This document shows, piece after piece, positions 19,852-29,901 of a DNA stretch of 64,000 nt. The DNA is taken from positions 384,001-448,000 of the forward strand of contig CAWCKJ010000002.1 of the NCBI GenBank assembly GCA_963796105.1, in the 5' to 3' direction. The DNA is from a candidate division FCPU426 bacterium (GTDB lineage Bacteria > Oederibacteriota > Muellerivitia > Muellerivitales > Muellerivitaceae). Each line of letters begins with the position of its first letter. Position 1 is the stretch's first letter. Made by a program: the position numbers and the translations under genes. The notes under the pieces are model-generated. The model had not been told where the DNA came from and did not search any database. It worked only from the letters and a program-made list of their open reading frames with translations.

Positions 19852-21767
19852 CATTAGAACCGGAAACCCATCCATCCCACCCAGGCACGGCTTCATCCAA
19901 GCGCTTCGATCCCTGGTTGATCCCTTTGTTGGCTTGTTTCGTTCTGGCTGGCCTGCTGGGGACCAGGCTAATTTTCGATTCTGACCTGGGTTTTCATTTG
20001 AAGGGGGGGCAATGGATCGCCCAGAACCACCAAGTTCCAACCCAGGACACCTATACCTTTACCGTTTCAGGGCATGATTATCTGGATATCCATTGGCTCT
20101 ACCAGTTAATGCTTTACGCGCTTTTCAAACTGGGCGGCTATTCCATGATTTCCTTGGCCAATGCCGGATGCGCTCTTTTATTGGTGTTCCTGACACATAA
20201 ACGGCTGAAATTAACCGATTCTCCGCTCTGGATGCGCCTTGTCCTTTTGACCACGGTTTTGCTGATGGTGGAAATCCGCTTCAGGGCCAGGCCCGAAATA
20301 CTCAGTTATATCCTGATGAGCCTCACCCTTTTGATCCTGGAAATGAGAACGAAAGGGGAAAGGAACCTCCTTTTTCTGCTTCCGTTCCTCTTCGTGATTT
20401 GGGCCAATGTCGAGGGCCTATTCGCGGTGGGTTGGGTCATCGTGGGAATTTATTGTCTCGCAAGCCTGGTTCAATCCAAGAACACTGACCAAAAACTCAT
20501 GCTTTACTCGGGAATGTCCCTGGCGGCCCCCCTGGCGAATCCTAATTTTCTCAAAGGCGCCGTTTATCCCTTCACCCAGATGCTCATGCTCCGAAATTCC
20601 AATGTCTTCAAGCAGGCTATTTTCGAGCTTCAGCCTCCCTGGCCGCTGGACTCGAGTTTTTTCCTGGCGCCGAGCCTTTATCTTTTTGTTTACAAAGTTT
20701 TCTCACTCCTGCTTCTTCTCGCGCTGGTCATGACTTTCCGGCAAAGAAAAATTCATGAGTTCCTTATATTCCTTGTTTTTTTCGGTCTTTCCCTCGCGGC
20801 CCTTCGCAACATCATTCTATTCATGTTCGTTTGCGGGCCTTTGGCGGTTTCCTGCTGGAAATCCTTGAAATGGGAAAAACTTCGTAAGGCGCAAGTTATC
20901 TTGTTCGGGCATTCCGCGGCCCCTTGGTTGGCTGCCCTGGTACTGGTCGGACTTTGCCTGAGGGTCGCGACAGGGGCCTATTACGTCAATGACCGGCGTC
21001 CTGATCGTTTCGGACTGGGGTTGGACCGGGACCAAGTGCCGGTGAAGGCATGCGAATTCCTTGCCCAAAACCATTTGGATGGGAAAATCCTCAACCAACT
21101 CAATCCCGGGGGCTGGCTTGAATGGCTGTGGTCGGGGAAAGCTTTCATCGACGGAAGGCTGGAGGTGATGGGGGAGGATTTCTTCCGGGACTTCATGTCC
21201 ACCTCCACGCCAGGCAGGCTGGGTCTTCTGGCTGACAAGTACCAGGCCGACATTCTTTTTTTCAATCCGCTGGACGCCATGCAGTGGACCGAGGATCTTC
21301 CGAAAATGCCGGGATGGAGGCCTGTGTACCTGGACGGGAACACCGTGATCTACCTTCGCAGGGGATATGGGGACCAGGTTCCGGACCTGGATTATTCCCG
21401 TCTTCCCTCTGATTGGGGAATTTCCAAGGATATCCAGGACCAGGCTTTGACGATCCTTCGGGTGCCCTCGACCCCGAGATGGGTTTCTTTCTGGGAGGAA
21501 TTCTTTTTTACGCCCCCTTACCCCAAGTGGTTCCAAACCATGGGAGTTTTCAACACCTTTGCGGGGCATCCCGAGACTGCGGAAGCCATGGACCTCGAGG
21601 CTATCAGGCTGAGCCGGGGCAGGTATGTCGAGTTTTTCTACAACCTCCGGGGCCTATTCGCAGCGTCAAATCGATCTGAGGAGGAACAGCTTTGTGATCA
21701 ACAGGTGAAAGCCCTGAGGCCAGGTAGCCTGTTTCTCGAATACACAGGGAAGGCTTCAGGAAACTAA
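19848..21767 (+). CDS. Polytopic membrane protein, putative GT-C-fold glycosyltransferase
   Basis: DSDLGFHLKGGQWI first-loop acidic motif, RARPE, WANVEG, ANP, FIDGR; many TM segments; ATGA overlap. Confidence 0.6.
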   Translation: MTLEPETHPSHPGTASSKRFDPWLIPLLACFVLAGLLGTRLIFDSDLGFHLKGGQWIAQNHQVPTQDTYTFTVSGHDYLDIHWLYQLMLYALFKLGGYSMISLANAGCALLLVFLTHKRLKLTDSPLWMRLVLLTTVLLMVEIRFRARPEILSYILMSLTLLILEMRTKGERNLLFLLPFLFVIWANVEGLFAVGWVIVGIYCLASLVQSKNTDQKLMLYSGMSLAAPLANPNFLKGAVYPFTQMLMLRNSNVFKQAIFELQPPWPLDSSFFLAPSLYLFVYKVFSLLLLLALVMTFRQRKIHEFLIFLVFFGLSLAALRNIILFMFVCGPLAVSCWKSLKWEKLRKAQVILFGHSAAPWLAALVLVGLCLRVATGAYYVNDRRPDRFGLGLDRDQVPVKACEFLAQNHLDGKILNQLNPGGWLEWLWSGKAFIDGRLEVMGEDFFRDFMSTSTPGRLGLLADKYQADILFFNPLDAMQWTEDLPKMPGWRPVYLDGNTVIYLRRGYGDQVPDLDYSRLPSDWGISKDIQDQALTILRVPSTPRWVSFWEEFFFTPPYPKWFQTMGVFNTFAGHPETAEAMDLEAIRLSRGRYVEFFYNLRGLFAASNRSEEEQLCDQQVKALRPGSLFLEYTGKASGN

Positions 21768-21800
21768 CATGATGAATAAACAAAACGGCTTTCAATATCC

Positions 21801-23975
21801 ATGAATGAAATTTCAAATTTCACGAATACTGGGGGAAAAATAAATACCAGTCATGAACAGAAAACCGTATTTGTTTTAAAGCCCTCCATTGTCTTTATCG
21901 CTCTGACGGCTTTGAACGCCCTGCTGGCCTATTCTCCCCTGGGTTGGGGCGGTAAATTGGCGATAGGTCTTTTCGGTTTCGGAGTTTTGGGTTGGGTTTA
22001 CTTGAAAAATCGGTTATCCATTCCATCACCCCAACAACCATTTTTCTCACAGGAACTTTACCAACCAGCGGCCTGGCTTGTTCTTTTTATTTTCGCATTG
22101 GGTTTGGCCGCGCGCCTTTACCGCCAGACTTCTTCTCTAGCTTTTCCCGCCGTGGACGAGATGGAGAACGCCTATAGCGCGATCCATTTGAACAGCCATT
22201 GGACCTGGCATCTGTTCTTTAGGCCCCACCAGGTTCCGGTGCTCTATCTTTGGCTTTTAGCCGCGACTTTCAAGATTTGGGGATTCTCCTTCAAGGTTCT
22301 CTGGCTTGTGCCTGCTTTTCTTTCTTTCCTTGCCACGGTTTTTTATTACCTGGCTTTTAGGGTGTTTTTCACTAAATCTTTTTCTTTCCTCAGCCTCCTA
22401 TTCCTGAGCCTCACCTTTTGGCCGGTATTTATCGGCTGTTATTCCCATGAGGCTGTGCTGATGGTTTTATTCCAATCCATGACTTTCTGGATTCTGGCCA
22501 AGCGGTTAAAAGCGGACCCATCCGGTCACCATCCGATTCTTTCCATTTGCTTTGGTTTATTCCTGGGAGTTGGTTTTTACACTTATTTCGGATGGCCCCT
22601 GGTTGCCTTTTGCGTTGTATTTACCTTGGGATGGTATTTCCTCAAGACTAGGCCGCGAGAGAAGAACGACCTTTATTATTGCCTTGGGACGGCGCTTCTC
22701 GTGGTTTTGCCCTTGGCGGCGGGTGGACTCAAGGAAAATTTCGGGTCCTATTTTGGGATGCTCTCCATTTTTAACGGCAAGAGCGACGAGGTTATCCATT
22801 GGCATTTCTGGCAGGCACTCTTTTATTTCACCGATTTTTTTTGGACAGGTTGGCCCAAATGCTATTCCTACTTCTATTATTACTATTCCGGATGGGGAGG
22901 CCTCTTGAATCCCGTGCTGGGAAGTCTTTTTTTCCTGGGGACCGTGGAATGGTGGCGGATCAGAAGGAATCCCATGGCCAAATGGATAGGAATAAGCTCG
23001 GTGGTTCTTTTCGTACCCTGTTTATTGTCCAATCTTCCCAATGGTTATCACATTTCGTCACTTTTGCCCCTTTTTATCGTCACGATGGCTATGGGGCTGG
23101 GGGCTGTCCTGGAAGGGATCACTAAAGTTCCCAATAGGTTTCTCCTGATGGTTCCATTTGTACTTCTTTCCTTGGTCTTGGATCTCGAGACTTTGACGCG
23201 ATCCAAACCTGTTGCCAACAGCGATATCTCCCAAATGGATCCGAAAGTCATCCTTTGCGAAACCCTGAAGAATATCAGCCTGACCCAGGGGCCTGGATTG
23301 GTCTATTCCGATTTTTCCATGGATGGAACCCTGCCGGTTTTCCTGGAATTGGGGACCTATTCCTTCAACGCCCTGGCCAATCCTTCGTTGGATCAAGCGA
23401 AAGCCTCCTGGGCCGCATTGGTTACTGACGAGGGTTTCAAACCCTATTTAACAAAATTGTTTCCCAACGCCGCCTTTTCCAGGTGGAACGGCGATTCACC
23501 AACTGATGGAAATCTCTTATCAATCATTCCGCTTAATAACGAAAACCGCGGGACCCTTGGAGCCTGGAGGGAGGCGGAGAAGGTCATGGCGGAAATGGAT
23601 TTCATGCAATTTGAGCATCCGGTGAATCATACCTATGACAATCTTATTGGTTATCTGGGAGATAAGGGCCAACTTTTCGAGGGAAATCCATTCCTAGGTT
23701 TTTATTATTGGGGGAAATTGGGGAACAATTATTATTGGAATAAGCAATACGACCTGGCCCTTCCAGCCTTGGAAAAAGCCTCGCAATACGGCTGTGACGG
23801 CATGGTGAGCCACAATTTGGGTTTTGTTTATTTGAATCTTGGGCGCTATTTGGAGGCGAAAAAAGCCCTTCTGGAGGCCGCTAAATACGACCCCAGGTAT
23901 CAACCCTCCCCGGAAGTCCTGAGAAAACTGGATGAGCTGGCGGGACAAACCCGGAATAACCCGGGTGGTGGATAA
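21801..23975 (+). CDS. ArnT/PMT (GT39/GT83)-like glycosyltransferase with C-terminal TPR
   Basis: RLY...VDE acidic loop after a TM helix, GVGFYTY, many TM segments, terminal TPR (HNLGFVYLNLGRYLEA). Confidence 0.65.
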   Translation: MNEISNFTNTGGKINTSHEQKTVFVLKPSIVFIALTALNALLAYSPLGWGGKLAIGLFGFGVLGWVYLKNRLSIPSPQQPFFSQELYQPAAWLVLFIFALGLAARLYRQTSSLAFPAVDEMENAYSAIHLNSHWTWHLFFRPHQVPVLYLWLLAATFKIWGFSFKVLWLVPAFLSFLATVFYYLAFRVFFTKSFSFLSLLFLSLTFWPVFIGCYSHEAVLMVLFQSMTFWILAKRLKADPSGHHPILSICFGLFLGVGFYTYFGWPLVAFCVVFTLGWYFLKTRPREKNDLYYCLGTALLVVLPLAAGGLKENFGSYFGMLSIFNGKSDEVIHWHFWQALFYFTDFFWTGWPKCYSYFYYYYSGWGGLLNPVLGSLFFLGTVEWWRIRRNPMAKWIGISSVVLFVPCLLSNLPNGYHISSLLPLFIVTMAMGLGAVLEGITKVPNRFLLMVPFVLLSLVLDLETLTRSKPVANSDISQMDPKVILCETLKNISLTQGPGLVYSDFSMDGTLPVFLELGTYSFNALANPSLDQAKASWAALVTDEGFKPYLTKLFPNAAFSRWNGDSPTDGNLLSIIPLNNENRGTLGAWREAEKVMAEMDFMQFEHPVNHTYDNLIGYLGDKGQLFEGNPFLGFYYWGKLGNNYYWNKQYDLALPALEKASQYGCDGMVSHNLGFVYLNLGRYLEAKKALLEAAKYDPRYQPSPEVLRKLDELAGQTRNNPGGG

Positions 23976-24086
23976 TTTCGTTTGGCCGGAGGATGAATAT
24001 CCAGTCAAAAACATTTTGCGGAATTCGTTAGAATATAAAACCTTCACCGTTTGCTAGATAAATTACCTTAAAGAAGATAAGGCATT

Positions 24087-25901
24087 ATGACTTCTCAACA
24101 ACCACAACAAATTCCAAAAGATAATCGTTTCAGGCTTTTCTGGTTCGGATTGATACCAGCGGCTGTTACCTTCCTTTTTTACCTGCCGGTGATCCGGAAT
24201 GGTTTTGTCTGGGATGACGAGGACGCCATCCTCAAAAACCTGCAAATCCGGTTTATTAACCTGGATTCCCTGCATTGGATGTTCACGAGTTTTCTACTGG
24301 GGAATTGGACGCCCCTGACTTGGTTTTCACTCGCCCTGGATTACCAGGTAGGACAGCTACAGGCCTGGGTTTATCACTTGGATAATCTTTTCTGGCACTG
24401 TCTTAATACCTTTATTGTTTTCTTGTTGGCTTTTAAAGTTTTCAAGATAACCCGTCATGCCTCCATTCAAATTGGGGCCATGGTTATCCCTTCCTGGGAA
24501 TTGCCGGCGGCCATTCTTTCCGCTGTTTTTTTCGGTCTTCACCCCATCCATGTGGAAGCGGTGGCTTGGGCCTTGGAACGCAATGACCTTCTTTGCGCTT
24601 TCTTCCTTTTATTAAGTCTTATAACTTACCTGGAATACGCCGCGGGTCTGGCCAGGCCCATGGGGAAGTACCTTTTATGTTTATTCTTTTTTGCCTTAGC
24701 TCTTTTAAGCAAGCCTGTTGCGATTATTTACCCCATATTCTTTCTTCTCCTGGACGGCTGGCTTCTCGAACGATTTTCAAAAGACCGGTTTAAGGCATTT
24801 TGGGAAAAAATCCCATTCTTTGTCTTGTCCTTGCTGGCCGGGCTCATGGCCTTGATGGCCCGAGCTTCTGTCCATAACATTCCGTTATTTTCCGAAGAGC
24901 CCTTCCAGGTCCGTCTTATTAACGCGTTTCATTCCCTGGCTTTTTACCTTGGAAAACTGATTTGGCCAGTGGATTTGGCTGTTTTATATCCACTCACGCC
25001 CCAGACCGGGGTTTTATCCTTTGAGAACATTTTTTCGATAGTTTTTGTCTTATGCCTATTCACGGTTCTTTTTATTTATCGAAAGAAGCGTCCTTATATG
25101 TGGCTGTCTTGGCTCTTTTACCTTGTGACTCTTTTACCGGTTTTGGGTCTGTTACAGTCCGGGAATCAAACCGCGGCGGACCGATATACCTACCTGCCCA
25201 CCTTGGGCTTTTTCTTTCTTTTCTCCGCTTGGATCGCCAGGTTTTTAACGGGACGAAAGCTTCCGGGGGCCATCGCCGTCTTTTTTTTCGCGATTATCCT
25301 GGGTCCTGTCACTCTGCGCCAAATTGAGGTTTGGCGGGATCCTGTGACCCTTTGGAAAAACGCGGTGAAGGTTTCCAAGGGCGGTTCTGAAACCGTATTG
25401 AATTATCTCGCGGATTCCTGCCGCGCCCAGGGCCGGCTGGTGGATGCCCTGAATATGTACGATAGGGCCATCGCCATTGGCCCTAAAGACGTTTACTCCC
25501 ATAATGGCAAAGCCATTGCCTTATATTTATTGGACCGTCCCCAGGACTCCATCCAGGAATTCAAAACCGCCATATCCCTCAATCCCTCTTTGGACCTGGT
25601 TTATTTCAATTATTGGATTGTCTGCCAAAGGCTGAAAATGTACCAGGAATCCCTGGAGGCGGCCAGGGAACTGGTCCGGATCAATCCCAATTCCGCCAGG
25701 TCCTACGATCTTTTGGGAATCAGCTATGGGGATGTGGGACAATATGACCAAGCGATAACAAGCTTTGAAAAAGCCTTGGAACTGGAAAGGGGAAACCCTG
25801 AATTTTTACGGCATTTGGCCGCGACCCGTTACCGCTCTCAAAATCCCCAGGAGCCGATGGATTTGTACCAGAATCGATTGGAAGGACAAGTAAATCGGTA
25901 A
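24087..25901 (+). CDS. TMTC-like (GT105-type) protein O-mannosyltransferase homologue with TPRs
   Basis: FVWDD, WTPLT, YHLDN..WH, HPIHVEAVAW...R, ALLSKP, ADRYTYLP, W...TLW followed by TPRs. Confidence 0.8.
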   Translation: MTSQQPQQIPKDNRFRLFWFGLIPAAVTFLFYLPVIRNGFVWDDEDAILKNLQIRFINLDSLHWMFTSFLLGNWTPLTWFSLALDYQVGQLQAWVYHLDNLFWHCLNTFIVFLLAFKVFKITRHASIQIGAMVIPSWELPAAILSAVFFGLHPIHVEAVAWALERNDLLCAFFLLLSLITYLEYAAGLARPMGKYLLCLFFFALALLSKPVAIIYPIFFLLLDGWLLERFSKDRFKAFWEKIPFFVLSLLAGLMALMARASVHNIPLFSEEPFQVRLINAFHSLAFYLGKLIWPVDLAVLYPLTPQTGVLSFENIFSIVFVLCLFTVLFIYRKKRPYMWLSWLFYLVTLLPVLGLLQSGNQTAADRYTYLPTLGFFFLFSAWIARFLTGRKLPGAIAVFFFAIILGPVTLRQIEVWRDPVTLWKNAVKVSKGGSETVLNYLADSCRAQGRLVDALNMYDRAIAIGPKDVYSHNGKAIALYLLDRPQDSIQEFKTAISLNPSLDLVYFNYWIVCQRLKMYQESLEAARELVRINPNSARSYDLLGISYGDVGQYDQAITSFEKALELERGNPEFLRHLAATRYRSQNPQEPMDLYQNRLEGQVNR

Positions 25902-26034
25902 AGTCTCACTACGATTTCCCATTTTATTGTCCTGCCGTGTACCTCCATAAGTCCTTTATTATTGCAGAAGGGGCGGTCTGACTGTCGGAAGCCCTGTCGG
26001 AAGGGCCGGGCCCCTGTCGGAATGGACGGTTGGC

Positions 26035-26555
26035 CTATCGGCATGGGGGTTTCAACTACCGGCATGGCGGGGGTCGCCTACCGGCATGGAGGTTTGAGCT
26101 ACTGGCATGGCAGAGATCGTCTACCGGCATGGGGGTTTTAACTACTGGCATGGCAGAGATCGCCTACCGGCATAGGGGTTTTAGCTACCGGCATGGACGG
26201 GGTCGCCTACCGGCATGGCGGGGATCGCCTACCGGCATGGGGGTTTCCACCATCCAATGCAGGGGTACGACCGCCATCCGGTGACGGGATTTCCACCATC
26301 CGGGGCCAGGGTTCCGCCATCCAGGGTCAGGTTTCCGTCGTCCAGTGTCGAGCTTCCCGCCATCCGGTGTTGAGTTTTCCGTCGTCCGATGTGGAATTTC
26401 CACCATCCAGGGTCGAGTTTTCGGCCGATGCTGGGGATTCCGTTGGCCGGAGCCGGTGTTTCCATTGGCCGGAACCTGATTTTCGTTGGCCGGAGCCGTG
26501 ATTTCCGTTGGCCGATGCCGGGATTCCGCTGGCCGGGATTGGATTTCCGCCGCCC
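26035..26555. repeat. Non-coding array of about 24 degenerate 21/22-bp units in three successive core families
   Basis: CTACCGGCATGG x10, CCRYCRTCC x8, (TT)GGCCG x6, nearly all at 21-22 bp spacing. Confidence 0.9.
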
Positions 26556-26815
26556 AGAGTTCTAAGATTTTCGGGTTCCAGTGGTTCTAGGCCAGCAAGC
26601 GGTGAGTTTATCGAATCCGTTCCAGAAGTTCCAGAGCACAGATTTCATTTAAATCTGCACTGGCAAGCATCGCCCTCGGCTTGTGGCTTCGGGCGGCCAG
26701 TTCCCGGGTTCTCGTCTGGACACAGTGCGGTTCGTATGACAATTGGGAAATAAGCCGTAAAATGCTTCCGAAGGCGCGAGCTTGGTTAAGCCATTCGTCA
26801 GGGAGGGGAATCAAG

Positions 26816-27142
26816 TTGGATTTGAACGGCCTATCAATCAAGGAAACAGAAAATGGTTGTACCTTGACCGTTAAGGTCATCCCCCGTTCCTCCCGCGACG
26901 GGATCATGGGCGTTGAAAACGGGGAGCTAAAGATCAAGCTCTCGGCTCCGCCGGTGGAAGGCGCGGCCAACGAAGCGGCCATTGGTTATTTGGCGGGCAT
27001 CCTGAAGCGCCCGAAAAAGGGACTGGAAATCATTCGCGGGGAAAAATCCCGGCATAAGGTGATCCGTATCCAAGGCCTCGGGCCAGGGGAACTGAGAAAC
27101 CTGCTCGCCGAGCGTTTAAACGGAGCTGAAGCGGGGAAATAA
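26816..27142 (+). CDS. yggU: DUF167/UPF0235 family protein YggU
   Basis: VKVIPRSSR, APPVEGAANEA, GEKSRHK; TTG start after GGAGG. Confidence 0.88.
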   Translation: MDLNGLSIKETENGCTLTVKVIPRSSRDGIMGVENGELKIKLSAPPVEGAANEAAIGYLAGILKRPKKGLEIIRGEKSRHKVIRIQGLGPGELRNLLAERLNGAEAGK

Positions 27143-27296
27143 CCCAAAAAGGAAAAAAGGGTCGGGCACCAAGCCCCAGCTTGGCGCAGGGACACGCTCC
27201 GCGTGCCGGCCGTCAATAAGGGTTTTAAAGTGGACGTTATCGTGCCGATTTCAGTATCGTTTTTATGGTGAAACGGCACAGCAAAGCCGGGAGTCA

Positions 27297-27539
27297 TTAA
27301 GCCGGTTTCGGGCCAGGGCCGGAGTCCTTCTTATCCACATCGGGGGATGGGCCGGACTCTTTCTTTTCCGCTTTGGGCGGGTTGATCGGGGGCATTTTGC
27401 TGGGGGGCTTCAATTGGGCCGGAAAGAATTTCTTACGGTCATCGTAAATAGACTCATCCATATTTCTCACGTTTAATATCTTGAATAACCAAAAACACAC
27501 AAAGAAAAGAACCGCGATAACAAGAACGATCCAGAGCAT
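27297..27539 (-). CDS. Small single-pass membrane protein with Pro/Lys-rich tail
   Basis: GGAGGAG RBS, N-terminal TM helix. Confidence 0.65.
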   Translation of the reverse strand: MLWIVLVIAVLFFVCFWLFKILNVRNMDESIYDDRKKFFPAQLKPPSKMPPINPPKAEKKESGPSPDVDKKDSGPGPKPA

Positions 27540-27648
27540 AGAACTCCTCCCTGGGATAATTTAGCAGAAACCTGCGAGGAAAGTTGTAATAATACACCGC
27601 TTCTATCGCCAATGAGCGGGTAACCATGCCCAACGGAGGTTTTTGAGA

Positions 27649-28296
27649 ATGAAGAGGGAACGGGGCCGCAAATCAAAATTCACCTTCATCCAATCACCCT
27701 GGCATGAGGCGGGACGCAGGTTGGTGGAGAAGTCCATAAGAAAACTCATGGATAGCGGCGGGCTGGAGGAGTTCTTATCCGCCATTGAGGACGTGGACTT
27801 TCCTTTCGAGATTTTACCCAATCGTTTTGACCCGGTAATCACCAAGGAATTCTACTCGGATGAGCTGGGAATCAAATTCGGGAAGATCGGCGGCCTCTTT
27901 TGGCGCGCGATCGGGGAGACCCCTTTCGCGGTGAAGAACAAGAAAAAAGTTTTTCCCTTGGGCAAGAATTCCGCCAAGCTGATCGCGCCGGGAATACCCC
28001 TCACCCGTGTGAACCCCAAGATTGTCAGGCTTTGCTTCGGGTCCTATTGCGTGAGGCTTTACCAGGCGTCTTTGGGCCGGGTTTCAAAGTCGGGAGGGAA
28101 GCGAAGCTTTTCATCTCCCATGAGGGAGCTGGTGGTCGCCTGGCTGGGGTTATTGGCCTGGGATAATGAGTTTATTACCCATCTGGGTTTTGCCCGTTGG
28201 GCATGGGCCCAGGGCCTTTTACGGCCCTTACACCGGTGGACCGCCTTCAAGGCGGTGGATCCTTTCCCGGAGGACCTGGAATTCGGCTTTGATTAA
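27649..28296 (+). CDS. Hypothetical protein
   Basis: GGAGGT RBS 8 nt before ATG; 215 aa; no recognisable motif. Confidence 0.6.
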   Translation: MKRERGRKSKFTFIQSPWHEAGRRLVEKSIRKLMDSGGLEEFLSAIEDVDFPFEILPNRFDPVITKEFYSDELGIKFGKIGGLFWRAIGETPFAVKNKKKVFPLGKNSAKLIAPGIPLTRVNPKIVRLCFGSYCVRLYQASLGRVSKSGGKRSFSSPMRELVVAWLGLLAWDNEFITHLGFARWAWAQGLLRPLHRWTAFKAVDPFPEDLEFGFD

Positions 28297-28364
28297 GATT
28301 TTGAAAAACCCCTATTAGTGTTAAAATTCAGTTAATAAAAGAGACTATTCAGCGGGAGGGGTCT

Positions 28365-28733
28365 ATGCCTCAGGCCAATCTTTTCGTGGAAAAAAGGGAA
28401 CATCCCAGGGTTTCAGTCAAGATCCCCATCACTTATTACTTCGCCGAGGATAACCTCGACCACATCGTCCAATGGCGCTTGCAGGACCAGAACGCGCAGG
28501 CCTTGGATTTGAGCCTGAGCGGAATGCATATCGTCGTGGATCACAAATTGCTGACTGGCACCGTGATCCGCCTGGATATGACCCTGCCCCACAAACCGGA
28601 GCCCTTGACCTTGTTCGCCGAGGTGGTTTGGAGCAACGAGAACGGCGCCGGGCTTCATTTCATCGAGATGCTTCTCGATGACGTGGAAGCCTTGAAAACC
28701 TACGTGACTGAAATAGGTACAGCTTCGAAATAG
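28365..28733 (+). CDS. PilZ domain protein (c-di-GMP receptor)
   Basis: RxxxR (REHPR) and DxSxxG (DLSLSG) motifs, AEVVW, GLHF. Confidence 0.9.
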   Translation: MPQANLFVEKREHPRVSVKIPITYYFAEDNLDHIVQWRLQDQNAQALDLSLSGMHIVVDHKLLTGTVIRLDMTLPHKPEPLTLFAEVVWSNENGAGLHFIEMLLDDVEALKTYVTEIGTASK

Positions 28734-28803
28734 TTTCCTGCCAGTCCATACCAGTCATTCAACAAAGCAGATGACCCCCGCGTCAGATTAAAGGCCTCCG
28801 TCC

Positions 28804-29709
28804 ATGTCACAATCCGATAAATTTGCCCTCCTGGGGCTTTGCCTTCTCAGCGGTACGGCTATAGCCTTTTTCACCTGGAAAAAATGGTTCTTTCATAATC
28901 CGTACACCGAAAAGCCGGTATCCCGCTGGTCCGGCATCAAAAAGAAAAAACCCGAGGTGTTCCAGCTCGAGACAGCCCAGCATTTGTTGGCCAGGGGTTC
29001 TTTTGATTTGGCGGAAAAAGCGTTCAAGTCCCTGTTGGAAACCGCGCCAGGAAGCGTCGAAGCCCATGTGGGCCTGGCTGAGTGCCTGTTCCATGAAGTC
29101 ATAAAGGGATTGAGGACGGACCAGGGCAAGAAGGCGGAAGCCCTCACCCAATATCAATGGATCTTGGATTATTACATCAAGGCCGGCCAGAACCGGGAAA
29201 TGGTCGATTTATACAAAAAACTTTTGGGCCCCTATACCGCCAAAGAATTCGGGGAGAAGTACCGGGCTTTCATGGACGAGCATGCCAAGGACCACGGAGG
29301 GGCTTTGGTCCAGGACCGCGTAACCTTCGAGGAGCACCGGAAAAAACTCCGGGAGGATTTCGACGTCTATGAGGGCAGAGGGGACTTTTCCCACGCTTAT
29401 AACACCATCGAGGAGATCCTCAAAAAGGACGACCTTTTTGACATTGATCCGGCCCTATTGAGCCGGGGCGGGGAAGTGTGTTTGCGGGTGAACGAGATAA
29501 AAACCGCCGAGAAAATATTCGAATTCGTCGCCAAGAGGGGGGACCTCCCCCAGACAGTCCGGGCTTTGGAGGTGCTTTCCCAGTACTGGCTGAAAACCCA
29601 AAGACAGATCGACCTCGCCCGGCTTTACCGGGAAAGCGACTCGCGGTTCGTTGACTGCCATTTGTTTCCCGAATGGGTGGAACTGGGGAAGAAGCTGAGG
29701 GAGTCGTAA
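28804..29709 (+). CDS. Membrane-anchored helical/TPR-like protein
   Basis: N-terminal TM helix; TPR-like GSFDLAEKAFKSLLETAPGSVEAHVGLA. Confidence 0.65.
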   Translation: MSQSDKFALLGLCLLSGTAIAFFTWKKWFFHNPYTEKPVSRWSGIKKKKPEVFQLETAQHLLARGSFDLAEKAFKSLLETAPGSVEAHVGLAECLFHEVIKGLRTDQGKKAEALTQYQWILDYYIKAGQNREMVDLYKKLLGPYTAKEFGEKYRAFMDEHAKDHGGALVQDRVTFEEHRKKLREDFDVYEGRGDFSHAYNTIEEILKKDDLFDIDPALLSRGGEVCLRVNEIKTAEKIFEFVAKRGDLPQTVRALEVLSQYWLKTQRQIDLARLYRESDSRFVDCHLFPEWVELGKKLRES

Positions 29710-29901
29710 GCCCTTTTGAGGGTTCCCAATTCATTTGCGCAACCTTTTCGGCGAAAACCCATGATAATAAACTTTCAACCAAAAGCTTTTTTAACCGCAA
29801 TTTTTTGCGATAAGGGGTACCATTTCTGGGATGGAATCATGGAAAATTGATGCTCTGATCCCTGTTGTGTTGCCGCCATGAATCATCCCTGGGAGTACGC
29901 G

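Noticed and set aside
26035..26555. CRISPR or guide-RNA array, or repeat-protein ORFs (26030-26284, 26185-26406, 26193-26501)
   Set aside because: Units are only 21-22 bp with recurring rather than unique spacers; no effector gene is adjacent; 22-bp steps shift frame, so the short ORFs are incidental
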